The notes beneath the pieces were generated by a model. That model did not search any database and was not told where the DNA came from. It worked only from the letters and a program-made list of their open reading frames with translations. A program made the position numbers and the translations under genes. Below, piece after piece: positions 1-12,201 of a stretch of 64,000 bases of DNA; positions within the stretch are counted from its first letter, which is position 1; every line of letters starts with the position of its first letter. This DNA is from Mustelus asterias (taxonomy: Eukaryota), in contig NC_135808.1 in assembly GCF_964213995.1 (NCBI RefSeq), positions 55,552,001 to 55,616,000 of the forward strand, read 5' to 3'.

Positions 1-338
1 TGATGCATTTGGGCGGGACAAACACGACAAGGGAATATATGATGAACAGCAGGACGCTGGGAAGTACTGGGGATCAGAAGGACATTGATGTACATGTATA
101 CTGGTCCCTTAAAGTAGCAGGACAGGTGGATAAAGTGGTTAAGAAGGCGTATGATATACTTGTCCTTGTTAGCTGAGGCAGAGAGTTTAAGGGCAAGGAG
201 GTTATGCTGGAACTATATAAATCGTTGGTTAGGCCACAAACTAGAATATAGTATGCAGTTCTGGATTCACATAATAAGAAGGATATGATAGGACTGGAAA
301 GGGTGCAGAGGAGATTTACCAGGATGTTGCCTGGGCTA
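1..338 (+). mobile_element. CR1 LINE fragment (C-terminal part of ORF2), decayed
   Basis: Translates to VMLELYKSLVRP...YSMQFW...LERVQRRFTRMLPG, the motif series seen in the other CR1 copies in this window; contains stops and frameshifts. Confidence 0.85.
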
Positions 339-419
339 TCTGCAATCATGTGAGACTTTCACACTGCAATTGAAGGAGCACAGGCAGTTATTGCTACGGC
401 AAGCCTACATCCCTCCTTT

Positions 420-560
420 TGTAAGTCTGTACATGTTTCGTAAAAGGGAGAGGGAAGAGTGGTGACGACTAGTTAAGTATCCCATTTTACTCATGGCACA
501 CAATACATTAAGTTTGAGCACCTTCAGTGACGTCCCATTCAAAACATAGACCAGTATTTT
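420..560. repeat. Left arm of a ~140-bp imperfect inverted repeat (partner at 6806-6978)
   Basis: Its reverse complement (aaaatactggtctatgttttgaatgggacgtcactgaaggtgctcaaacttaat...gtgccatgagtaaaat) matches 6806-6978. Confidence 0.85.
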
Positions 561-1483
561 ATTCCATGAGTAAAGTGCACCCTGAGATGGTTAGGATAAA
601 TTCTCTAGAGAAAAATATTGGGAAATTAATTTAAATATATTGAACCATGGCAACACCACACTGCACTGTAAACTCTTGCAATCCTACGTCAAAATTCAGA
701 ATGCAGGGAGTTTCCAATGGTATTATCAGTTCTGAGCATATCTTTCAACATGGTTCAGCTCAAGTTACTTCACGGGTTCTTTTTGCAATGACAGAAGGGG
801 TTGGTTATCAGAATGGCGGGGTCTTGTTCGCCACCATGCAAAGAGTTCGCCGGGAACACAGCCCCAGTGACTCCAACTGGCCCACAGCTAAATTATGCGC
901 CGATAACAGTTAGCTGTGCCCTTCACTTAAAAGGAAGCCCCAACTTAAGGAAGCTACTGGCCAATCTGGCAGCTCTCCAGTCCTTACAGCGTTAGTGCTG
1001 GAGTGGACAGAAGAGGACGTTCAAGATGACGTCGGAAACAAAGGGGGCGAATCTCCCAAAAGTGCTGAATTGGTGGGAAAACGGTCCTAGATCACGACTG
1101 TTTTCTCAGTTCAACTTCACACTCGAATCTCCCCACTCTGTGCACTGCAGAAGTCACAATTGTGAATATCATTAAAAACCGGGGGGGGGGGGAAGCATCC
1201 AGATCATTGCCATCCAACCCCTCACAGACATCGCTGCATGCCACCCCCTCCCCCCCCACACACAGACATGGCCACCAGCTCACCTCATGTCCCTGTGCAC
1301 CCCCCCTGGACACAGCAGCTAATCGATTAGAAGCCCTGAGTATTGCAACCCCCCCCCCCCTCCAGTCACAGCAGCCGATTGCATGACACTCAACTGAATG
1401 CAGCCTTCAAAATCTCTCATAAGTATTTGTTGCCAACGGGCCCTTGACTGGCCACACTCACTGCACCTGCACTCCCCTAATAA

Positions 1484-1655
1484 CAGTAAGAAGTTTAACA
1501 ACACCAGGTTAAAGTCCAACAGGTTTATTTGGTAGCAAAAGCCACTTGCTTTGTGTGGCTTTTGCTACCAAATAAACCTGTTGGACTTTAACCTGGTGTT
1601 GTTAAACTTCTTACTGTGTTTACCCCAGTCCAACGCCGGCATCTCCACATCATGT
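1484..1655. mobile_element. Penelope-like terminal-repeat insertion forming a perfect fold-back hairpin
   Basis: 63-bp perfect arms at 1483-1545 and 1555-1617 with a 9-nt loop. Flanked by the direct repeat CTCCCCTAATAA (1472-1483, 1656-1667). Same repeat family as 31967, 37761 and 52022. Confidence 0.8.
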
Positions 1656-1722
1656 CTCCCCTAATAAGCCAGAGCTGTATATAAGCTGCAGGAATGGACA
1701 CAAAGCCGGTCACGCCACAAAA

Positions 1723-3709
1723 ATGTCTGTGCGGAAACCTGCTCCCAGATTTTCAGAGGCCGACCAGGGGAGGCGTGATCATCTCTTCCTCGACCAGGGC
1801 CCTAACCCAATGCCACGGCATTGTGGGAGGAGGTGGCAGAAGCGGTGAATGCCAGGAGCCTGACACCGCGCTCCAGCAGGCAGTGTTGCAAAAAAATGTA
1901 CGACCTTCTGCAAGCAGCAAGGGTGAGTGAGCATCCCACTTGGAACCCCACACATGCTTGGCACAGATCTCTAACCTTACTTAGACACCTGAAAGGCATG
2001 CAACAAGTGACCCTTCCCCCAGGAACAGAATCTAACCCCATCTCCTCTCCCAGAACCCTTCATTGGTGACCGCTTTCCCTGAAACTGTCAGCACAACGCT
2101 CGAGACACAGGCACGCATTGCGCACCATGCACTGCAATATGTTAATGCCTGCTATCCACCTTATGTTCCCACAGGAAAAGAATATCCATAATGCACGAGA
2201 AATGACACAGACTGGTGGTTGTGTGCCTGACCTGCGGCAGCTGACCAGCATGGAGGAGCGTGCCACGGAATTGGCAGGGGGTGATGGGCCTTCCCGATTG
2301 GTGACTGACAACCAGGTCGGCATACAGCATGCAAGTGAGCAGCAGTGCATTCTCAACCTTTGTCCTCCTCTGTAAGTGCGATGCTGCATGGAATGTTTTG
2401 CCTCCCTCCCCCTAATGTGTGTTCTTTTTTACAGCTCTGGATCCTTCGGGTGTCGCTACCGCCCCCGCTGCTCTGGAGCAAACTGCCCACGATCCCCTGG
2501 ATGACACCTCGGAGGGAGGCACTGAGGAATCCTCTGAGGGCAGCACCACTATGGTCACAGACAATTTGGACGTTCAGGGAGTGGAACCCCATCCTGTTCA
2601 CACAACCCACCAACACATAGACGATCACGATGGTGGGTTCCTTTAGTTTTGAAGCCTCTGGGTCACGAACTGGTGAGCACATCACAGACACTGATGCACA
2701 GTGGAGGCGGGCACATCTGAGGGCTCGGGAACAACAGAGATTTGCCAGAGGCCAGGATTCAGCTGTCCCCAAGCCAGCTGCTGGGCCTCTGGGTTTGTTC
2801 CTCCCAAGGCTGGTGGAGATGCATCAGGAAACCCGGGGAGTTGTGGGAAGGTTGTCAGCAACCATGCTGTGACTGCAAGGCTGTTTTGGGGAGTCCGACA
2901 GAGTGCTGTTGCAGGAAGTGGTGCCAACACAGCGTGAGACCCAGGCCAACACTGCAAGGGTGGCGATCGCAGTGGAAAGTCTCAGAGGTCTGTCCTCATG
3001 GATGACAGGGTCCAGGCCATCCTGGAGACACAACGAGCCATGGGCGAGTGTGTTTCTGACATCCAGGAGACACTGCGTTCGATAGCACGTGGAAGACACT
3101 GCTGGCCATGGCTGGGACTCTCGCTGGCATTCTGGAGACACAGCAGGCCGTGGCTGTGAACCTCGACAACTTAGCTCAGGCTCAGAGGGCTACTGCTGAG
3201 GGGCTCCAGAGCCTGACTTGCTCACAATGCCGTAGCGGAGGGGCTCCGGAGCTTGGCCCAGTCTCAGAGGGCCAGGGCTGAGGGATCACACATCATGGGG
3301 CAGACGCTTCTATGCCTCCAGGACTGGCAGAGGTAGGTGACGCCGGAGTTTCTGAAGCTCAGTCCAGCCACCCTGGCATCCCATGGAGTGCCCTCGGGGC
3401 CTCTGGAAACCCCAAGGGAGGAGGAAGGGATCTTCCACCCAGGAGATCCTGGACGTCCCGAGACCTTCTGATTCCCTCCTTCCTCACACCGGGGCATCTC
3501 CAGGGCTAGCGAGATGAACAGGGTGGCACCAAAACAGTGCCATCCGCAAGTCAGCGGGGCCCTCCAGGTCCCGGCCACCCAGGGGACATCCGCCAAGGGC
3601 ATCACAGACAACGGGGCTTGCATCACAGCTGAACGCCTCCACTTCTGATGTGCATCCTGGGGTAGCATTGAGAAGAAGCAGTAGACAGCACAAAGTTAGA
3701 AAGTTGTAG
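1723..3709 (+). pseudogene. Harbinger-associated Myb/SANT-like (MSANTD/NAIF1-type) DNA-binding protein gene, spliced, decayed
   Basis: MSVRKPAPRFSE...WEEVAEAVNARSLTPRSSRQCCKKMYDL. GTGAGT donor at 1923 and ttcccacAG acceptor at 2174 join in frame to EKNIHNAREMTQTGG..DLRQLTSMEERATELAG. Another acceptor at 2434. TATATAA near 1678 and AATAAA at 3777. Frameshifts present. Confidence 0.8.
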
Positions 3710-4319
3710 TTCACTGGAGGGCACGGTTGAAGGTCAGCATTAGTCAGGGTTTGGTAATCATTTATGTTAAGAACACAATAAACTGTTAAATGCACATCAC
3801 GCTGTGACTAATGTGTCTCTGATTCTCTCCCCCACAGCTCAGTGTCTGTTGAGCCTTGCAGACTCAGCCACATATTTCAGAGTGTCTTCCCCAACATCTA
3901 CCAGGCCCTTGGTGCAAATGCACCCCACCACTCCCAGCCCTCTCTTGACCAAAAAACATGTGACCCAACCCTTACAGCTACGTGGGCCAGGGTGGCAGCG
4001 TGCAGAGTACAGGTAGGAGTCAGACTTGAGTTGCACCAGGGGCAGGATCCCAGTGAGCACAACAGCGAGTCATCATCATCCTCCAGCCTTCAACCAAGAC
4101 TCACAACCATTGCCAGCCCAGGCACATTAACAGGTTTGGATGTTTCTGGGGGATATGGTGGTGAGATGACAGAAGCAGGGGAAGGGTGATGTGGTGGTTT
4201 GAGGGCCCAAGTCAGTTTGGAGGGGGAATAGTGGCTGCACTTGCTCCTGGGGTGCGGTGGGTGTGTGTTGGTTGCACCCCCCTCACTGCACAGCACCAAC
4301 TAGGTGAAGCAGGCTGCAA

Positions 4320-5518
4320 TCAAGGCGTCCCTCGCTGTCCTTCCCTGCCGGACACCTGCCATCGCCGCTCGCCCTCTTTCTTCGGCTCTTCATGTGGCGG
4401 GACGTCCACCTCCCCCTCTCGCCGCTCCTCCTCCTCCTTCTCCAGCTGGTCTCCCCACTGTTGGGCGATATTGTGAAGAGCGCAGCAAGTGATAATGATG
4501 CACACACAGGGTCATACTGGAGGGCCCCCCTAGAGCGGTCCAAGACGCGGAACCACATCTTGAGCAGGCCGATGCACGGCTCTACGATGGGCCAGGTGGC
4601 TGCATGGGCCTCGTTGTAGCGGGTCTCCGCCTCGGTCTTGGGCCTCCACACAGGCGTCATCAGCCATGACCTTAGCAGGTAACCCTTGTCACGCAGTAAC
4701 CATCCCGGGAGCCTGGGCTGGTCTTCAAAGAGCCCAGGGATGTCTGACTGCCGGAGCACAAAGCTGTCATGGACACTCTCTGGGTGGCATGCATCAACCT
4801 GCATGATCTTCATTTGATGGTCACAGACAATTTGGACGTTCAGGGAGTGGAACCCCTTCCTGTTCAAAAAATGCTGCGGCCCAGCATGGGGGGGCCCACA
4901 AGGCGATGTGTGTCCCATCCACTGCACCCTGCACATTCGGAATCCCGGCGATGGATGCGAAGCCGAAAGCCGGGGCCTCCTGCTGCGCACGGCCCACATC
5001 GAAATTAGTGAACTGGCACATAGAGTTCATCTGTGGCCTGTCGCACATATCTGTGCATGGAGGCCTGGGTGATCCTAGCTAGGTCGCCACTGGGTGCCAG
5101 GAATGATCTGGCGGCATAGAAATTCAGGGCAGCCATCACCTTCACGTCCACAGGGAGCGTGGCCGCTCCTCTCCTGAGGTGCCAGGTGTGAGAGCACCTC
5201 ACAACTATGTCGCACCGTGGTCTTGGACAGGCACAGCTGGCGACGGCACATCTCCTCCGAGACGGCCTCGAACAAATTGCAGGGCCTGTACCTCCTTGCC
5301 CTCAGCACCCTCTGCCTTCTGTGCACCCTCTTGGGAGGCTGCCCACCCATCTCCTGGCCCTCAGCAGCAGCCCCCTGCCCTCCTTCCTGAGGGTCTGGTG
5401 GTGGCTGCTCCTGCGGTGGTCTCTCCACGCCCGCCACCTCCTGAGCCGCCTTCTCCTCCTCCTCCGCCCCTGCTGCTGCCAACATGGCCAGCTCCAGATC
5501 AAGCAAACCGAGATCCAT
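4320..5518 (-). pseudogene. Harbinger (HARBI1-like) DDE transposase, frameshifted
   Basis: Motifs are spread over several ORFs: KVMAALNFYAARSF, GIPNVQGAVDGTHI, NRKGFHSLNVQIVCD, VHDSFVL, WLLRDKGY..WLMTP, RYNEAH...VE.CIGLLK.WFR.LD, CCALHN. Confidence 0.93.
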
Positions 5519-6805
5519 CTGCACAGTGGCGTTTGGAAAGAGCACCGAATGACGGATTATTGGCTGCATAGACTCAGCACCACCCTAATCCCTCACTTGA
5601 GGATGCTGGCACCACCACACAATCCATGGTGCCATGCGTGGCCCAATTCGGGTTGTGTGAGATTCCCATCATGACAAATGTTGGCACAGATTATGCAGGT
5701 CGGTGTGCAGCCGTGGGCAATGCGCACCCTTGAGCCATTGCTGTGTGCGCAACTGCAGCATCCGTTACAGGTATGTGTTGTTGGTCCGTGTCATAGGGCA
5801 GGGACAGACTGCAAATCAGCACCAGATGTGTGCCCAGTGACAGCAGATTCCATGCAGCCCATGTCTGAACCTGGGCACCCTGGCCTTCACCTGGTTAGGC
5901 CTCAGTCAGCACATGGTACACTCCTCCCCCACCCTGGAACACCAGCACTCAATCGAGTCCTCCAGCCCCACCCCCTCAGATATCACTGGGCCAACACCTG
6001 AAAACAGCAGGACGAAGGCCACCAGGCATCTCCAGGGCCTGTCTGGAACATCCCCTGTGTTCCGCTAGCAGCACTTACCTCCTCACGCCAGTTCAAGGCT
6101 GCCATGCTAGGTTGAGACTTTTAAATACCTACTCTGATTCGCGCCAAAGTTACATCACGCCAAAGAGGTGGGAGACGCAAACCTGGGCAGAGATTGCCAT
6201 GTGGATCCCAATAATGGCATGTTAAGGTATGTAAAGTCATGCAAATCAGCGGTCCACCGGTTTTCTGCAGGTTCCCAGCGGCGCCATTTTTCTCCAGCTG
6301 GGAGATGCGAGCAGGTCGTAAAAGCTCGCGACGAACCCGCCAGAAAAGTTGCGGGTCATGATGGGAGAATCACCCCCAAAGTCCAGAAACAAGGCTCAAC
6401 CAGATTCAAAGAGTTGCAGGATGGGGAAGATGGGGGCATGGGTGGGAGGGGTCATCGAGAGAGGTCGGGACAGGGAGGTCTGGAGGCCACCAAACCTTTA
6501 AGATCTCAATGGGGTGGGGCCGCCTGACTTCAGAAGGGAGTTTCTGATGGAGGTGCCACTCCCACTGTGCTAGATGTAACTGCTGTACTTTAGGCTTCTT
6601 TGTGGAGGTTCAATCTTCCTGCCAGCCAAAAAACTGATGCTGGATGGGCCATTTAGGGGTCTCAATTGGGATAAAGGTGGGCTTTCTGTCCAGGACCTTA
6701 CCTATCCCAATGTAAAATTGTTGTGTGGCCAGGAACCCAGAGGGAATCCTATCCCTTCAACTTCACACCCACCTCACCTAAAATCCAGTCAGTGGGGGAA
6801 AGAGT

Positions 6806-6978
6806 AAAATCCTGGACTATGTTTTGAATGGTACGTCACTGAAGGTGCTCAAACTTAATCATGTATTATGTGCCATGAGTAAAATGTCCCATTAGGAATT
6901 GTGTGTGCAATGAATGGGATACTTACTTTGCTGCCACCACCCTTTCCTCCCCCTTTTTTGACATACATACAGACTTAA
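6806..6978. repeat. Right arm of the inverted repeat (partner at 420-560), with a ~30-bp internal insertion
   Basis: Direct comparison with the reverse complement of 420-560. Confidence 0.85.
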
Positions 6979-8179
6979 TTTGCCACCAAATCCAAAGGCC
7001 AGGTTGATGCAATTATTTAAAAAGCAACTCAATTCATGGAACTTCTGGTTTGGATGAGAATGTCCTTCCTTCCCTACAGAGGGTAATCCTGTAATTCTTG
7101 CAAAAAAGGCCTTATTAGTAAATAGGGAACTTTGTCCCACTCTGTGTAGCATTCACCAAGTTCTCATATCAGCACCATAATCTCTTTTGCAACTGAATGG
7201 CTTTGAGTCAATAAATTTCCACTGCTTTCAGGGAGAGCAGCAGCTCTTTAAGAACTATTGCCTCAACAGACTTCATGAACTTCCACCCACACACCAGTCG
7301 GCTGCATGGTGACTAAGCCTCCTGCATTTATTTTTCATGAGGAGGGAGTTGATTAAATTTTGGCTGACTTCACCAAATCCCACATGCTCAATTCTCTCTA
7401 TTGCTACGAACAATACTGGCCTCAACTTTGCATTGATCCCCAAATTGAGGCTCACAAGCCTTTACGAGTTACTTTGGACCAGCTAAAGAAAAAAATGAAT
7501 AATAAATAAAATGAAAAAATTGCAAAAGCTGAAAACCTGATATAAAACAGAAAATACTAGATCCACATGAGCCAGCCAGTATGATTCTTTTTCTCCCCAT
7601 AATTTATGTGTTGCTAACATAAATTAGGAATGCACAGCTTTGAAGTGTGATTTCTCAGAAAGTAATTTTATAAGTTGATAATTACAGCGAAAGGCAAGCT
7701 TTCTCCAATTTTTGTTCAAGAGGTTTTATGGGACCTAAGTGTGTGTTTTGTTTCATGCTATGGGAATACAAATGGATCCATGCCATTTGTCTAACCTCAC
7801 CATGAATCCAACATGGCAGCATCAAGTTAATGGAAAATTACATGGCCGATCTCACAGTTCATAGAAGGGTTCATACATACAGAAGAAATACAGTAAGTGA
7901 CAAAACACAAGTTCAGGATCATTAATCTTAAATGGCTGAAAGCAGAAGTTGAGAATCTTAGTAGAAGTACTCTGACATCCATGTCTAAGTAAATACTGAA
8001 AAATAATGATTGTACTCTAAGATTTTGAAATTTTACACATTACCATTCTCACCTTTGTTGATATAACAAATTAGTTACAAAGCAAGCAGAATGCAGAATT
8101 GTTGACTACAGCACTTTAAATTTCTGCTCCTAACCATGGTCCATAGTTTTGCTATAGTGTGCAAAACGCAGAAACACAA

Positions 8180-9030
8180 GGGCCGGGATTCTCCGAAAAA
8201 AATTCTAACTCCCCAATTTGTGGGAAAATGGGAGTAAATCCCACTAGTTTTTTAAAGTATTATTTTCAGAATGAATCTCCAACACTCTGCATCACGGAGT
8301 GCCTCAGCGTGATTCACTCTGGAAGTCTGTGGGCGGGGCCTATTCCTGCCCGAGAGGCTGGCAGCATAGTATTGAGCGGGCCACTGCACATGTGCCGATC
8401 TATCAGCGTGGAGATCGGCGCAGGTGCATGGCCGGACTCCAGATCGCTGGCCAGCCCCGCAACACCCCATCACTAGCTTACCGACCCTACCCAGCCCCTC
8501 CCCCTCCGATCACCAGCCTCCCAAATGTCTGCAGGCAAACTCCAGTGTCCCCTCCCACCACGTCCAGTCCCGATCTCTCGATCCTTGATCCTCCCCCACC
8601 ATCGGCAGTCCTGATCTCCCCTCCACCTGGATAGCCAGCCCCGATCGCCTCCTCCCTCCCTCTCCCAGTAATCCCAAGTGCAGAGTGGCAGAGTGCCTCC
8701 CCCCACCCCCATCAATCCCCCCCCCCCCCCCCCCCCCCAATGTGGGGCGATTCTCTCAGTGGGCAGTGACAAAATGCTCCTTGGGCATTGCTAGTTTGCT
8801 CCTTGAGCAGTGCCAGGGTGCCAGGCTGGCACTGCCCAAGGGGGACCTCCCCCTTAGTTCCGACCTCCTGGGGCGGCCTCAATGGCCTCCCTTCCTTCCA
8901 ACAGGGTTGGCTGCCTGTTCCCTGTTAGTGGGAAGCAGCAGTAAATGCCATTGGAGTGAATAACTCCTGACTGGGAGGCCGTGGCCCCCAAGGTGTACTG
9001 GAGGTGCACTGCTCAAGATTTTAGCAAATA
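8180..9030 (+). mobile_element. Non-autonomous Harbinger-like element (MITE), right end unclear
   Basis: Starts GGGCCGGGATTCTCC. The first ~130 bp resemble the Harbinger left end at 1043. GC-rich interior with C-runs. Confidence 0.65.
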
Positions 9031-9100
9031 TTGTTTAGAATATTATCACTTTCAATCATTGCAATGGTGTCCAATTCCTCTACGTATCTGAAAAGCTCGT

Positions 9101-10140
9101 GGGGCGATTCTCCTGCCTGCTGTGCTGCGGAGGCCATTTTGTGGGCTTCCTACTGGGCGCCACGGCATCCGCGAGTCTCCACTCGTCAGATATCCAGCAC
9201 CATCAGCTCTGTGCCAGAAACCGGCACGGAGTTGCATAATGTATGCAGATTCTAATTTAAATAAAATTTAAATCCCGTTAGCAGACCCAGAACAGAAATC
9301 TCCGGGCCCGCTAACATCGCCGCTCCCCCCCTCCCCTCCCACCAGGAGTGGTTCACTCTCGCGGGGTTTAGTATAGCTCCCCATTTGTGGGAAGTTGGTG
9401 GTCGGACCCTGCTGAAGTGAAAGGGGCACAATCGAGGCTCCCACAGAAGGTTGGGCACTAGGTATGGCCTCTGGGCATTGCCAGCCTGGGCTCCCTGGCA
9501 CTGCCCACTGGACACATTGGCACTGACATTGGGCAGTACATGGGGGTGGGGCCTATGGGGCAGGGCTATGGGAAGCGATCGGTGGGGCTGGGGGTCCAGC
9601 TGCCACTCTGTATTTGGGCTGAGTGACAGCGGGAGGGAGGCCAACAATTGGGGCTGGGCATGGGTCGGTCTGCTGGAGGGGTTGGAGTAGCAGTGGGGGG
9701 GCCAGGACTGCAGGAGGGAGTTAATGGATATCGTGGTGGACCGGGGAGGAGAGGGGGGGGGGGGGGGGGGGTGGCAAGGCTGGCCCGAAGATAGAGTGTC
9801 AGCAATCGGGCTGCGAGAGGGGGGTTGGTTGCATGGCCAGCGATGCGGGAGTCGCAGGGCTCACCAACAATCGAGCTGACCAACAATCGAGCTGGCCACT
9901 GTGCATGTGCCGATTTCAGTGCCGAGAGATCGACGCATGCGCAGTGGCTTGCTCAGTACTATGCTGCCGGCCTCTTGGGGGGGGATAGGCCCTGCTCACT
10001 GAATCTTAGCGTGATTCACACTAGTGCACTCTTCAGCGTATAGGAAATACATTTTGAAACTCCCACTGAAAAAACCAATGTGATTTACTCCAGATTTGAC
10101 AGGAATTCAACACTTCGAATTTTTTTGGGAGAATCGTCCC
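9101..10140 (-). mobile_element. Non-autonomous Harbinger-like element (MITE), opposite orientation to the 8180 copy
   Basis: TIRs GGGGCGATTCTCC / GGAGAATCGTCCC, with flanks CGT/CAT as a possible degenerate TSD. 9890-10140 is an imperfect reverse complement of 8180-8440. Confidence 0.7.
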
Positions 10141-12043
10141 CATGATTTCCCACTGTGCTTTTTGGTCTCTCAAGGTCATCTAATTTCTGTCAGCATATCT
10201 CATGTTGAATTTTTCTGTACTTGGTGCTAGTTTTGTTCCTCACCTCATAAGGTATAAGGTTTGTTAGACACTCGGATTGTTTGTTTACTTGAAAATAAAT
10301 AGCTATAACATTAAATAAGTTGTGCTGCATAAATCAGTGTTTAAGCTGCTAAAGCTTAGTTCTGGCAACAGTATCTTAACTTGATGGGGAACTGGAATTT
10401 GGATCATTCATATGCAAAGCTTTCCTTGAAGTCTACCAAGGGACGATTCATTCAAAAGTCCTATTACTTGGTAACAAATACATTACCTTCTTGTGCACAG
10501 CTTCTAATACTGTGTTGCTTTAAAGATCCTGCGTCCTTTGGCAGCATCTGTGTATTATTTAACCTATAAATATATCAGACCTAGCCGTCTTAACATTTAT
10601 GCATTAGTCTGACGTGCCAATTTCTGCCTTGGAAAGTGATAGACAAAAGCAGTGGGCATTAATAATTTTCCAGTGTACATATATCAGGATTAGTGGTTAA
10701 CTGACAAAGATGTTCAGCACACACAAATGTACATTACAAACAGCCTGACCAATAATAATTTGCTTACTGGCTAGTAATAATTGTTCTTGTCAGCTTCTCT
10801 ATATTTTAACAAGTATGGAGTTCAATCCCAAGAGGTTTCCTCTTTATAGGATGAAACTCTACTCTAAAGGTGGAAAGTTATACAGAGAAAGTAGGTTAGA
10901 GTTTCTAATTCATACAAGTTTAAGGAAAATATACTTTCAATCATACAATACAGCAATAGTTGGAATAAAATCTTTCTTTTTCAAAATTGTGAAATAGGAT
11001 ATTTAAGCTTGCATATAAATTTAAATGCAGCATACATTCCATGTTAAAATCATGTTTTCTCCCAAGTGGCACCTAATCAGCACTAGATTCAAAGGTATAA
11101 CTGTCTAGAGTGGAAGAGCAATTTGTTTCTGAAATATAGCCAGATAATACTAAGCTAAAAACATAGGTGCAATCTTCTGGCAAATATATTCCCCAGTGAA
11201 AACTTTTCTAACTTTCAATAGCAGTCTGTTTGGATTTGTTGACTGATTATTTTTAAAAAGTCCTGCTGGTTGCCAGTGTTAAACCACCCACATTCAGAGG
11301 TGGTTTCAGCGGGATAAATCAGGAAATCTGACTCTCCCTTTAAGAGAATTTTTATCCTGCATTGCTTGACTATTTCTATGGCTTTTATGGAGTACTCCAA
11401 CATAGCCAATTCCCTGTCTTTTCTCAGGTAAGGCAGCTTTAAAATAAATGAATTTCCAGCAGGACCTCAATTAAACTCCCAACTAAAAGAGGTGTTGTGT
11501 CACTCTGGCAGAAGAGCCAGAATTTTTCATTATTTACATTTTTATGTTTGCATTTCACAATGCAAAAATGAGTTTTGGTCTTGAATTGCATCAAGTTTGA
11601 ACTAAAACCTCTTTTCCATCAGAACATAGTTAACAAGTTTCTATGGCAAAGTTTCAAACAATCCTCTGTGCAGCATCTGAATCTGATCCCCGGATTTAAC
11701 ACTGCTGCCCTTCATCCACTCTGCAGTCTAGTCATGGCTCCTTATGGTCCAAGTTTTGTTGCATAATTTTGGCTCAAAAAAGTTAAGTTATAAAAATACA
11801 ATCAACTCATACTAAATTAAAGGGCTTTTTGCTAGATTTTCTCTTTTGGGTATTCAATGCATTCCATTGCAAACACAAAATGTTAATTTGCCAAAGCCAT
11901 TTGACATCTCTTGCTGTCTAGGCAATCATAAGGTCAGTAACTGGACAGTTGGCATAGTATTGTGAAATCACATATTAGTATAAATTGTCTTCTCGAAAAG
12001 AGAAATGGAAAAATAATGGAGCAATGTGAAAATAATTTGTTAC

Positions 12044-12201
12044 CTGTTATTGAAATGCTTGCCTTTCTTTTTGAACTGACTAGTTCAATTTTTGAATTGG
12101 CCCACGTTTTAGTAGAAGTCGACCCAAAAACCCTCTCTCTTTGGACATGATTTCCCATTAATGGAAGAACGCAAATATTAAAAGCTTCTGAGACAACATA
12201 A
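12044..12201 (-). CDS. Candidate internal coding exon of an unidentified host gene
   Basis: Pyrimidine-rich acceptor (AG at 12202-12203, with an alternative AG ~14 nt upstream), CAG|GTAACA donor, and a single open frame YVVSEAFNICVLPLMGNHVQ...KRKASISIT. Lies in non-repeat sequence. No homology recognised. Confidence 0.3.

Larger units (their letters stand above)
1043..6377. mobile_element. PIF/Harbinger DNA transposon, full span, inactivated
   Basis: Left end GGGGGCGAATCTCCCA versus right-end reverse complement GGGGGTGATTCTCCCA (14/16). AAA on both flanks (1040-1042, 6378-6380) fits a 3-bp TSD. Contains convergent transposase and Myb/SANT-like genes. Confidence 0.9.

Noticed and set aside
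4320-5518. Domesticated host gene HARBI1
   Set aside because: Multiple frameshifts, and it lies within TIRs beside a Myb partner, so it is a transposon copy.
8159-10043. Pro/Gly-rich ORFs as real proteins
   Set aside because: By-products of GC-rich MITE sequence with homopolymer runs; overlapping ORFs in many frames and no domain motifs.
11420-11435. Plus-strand donor CAG|GTAAGG
   Set aside because: No supporting acceptor, open frame or partner exon found on the plus strand.
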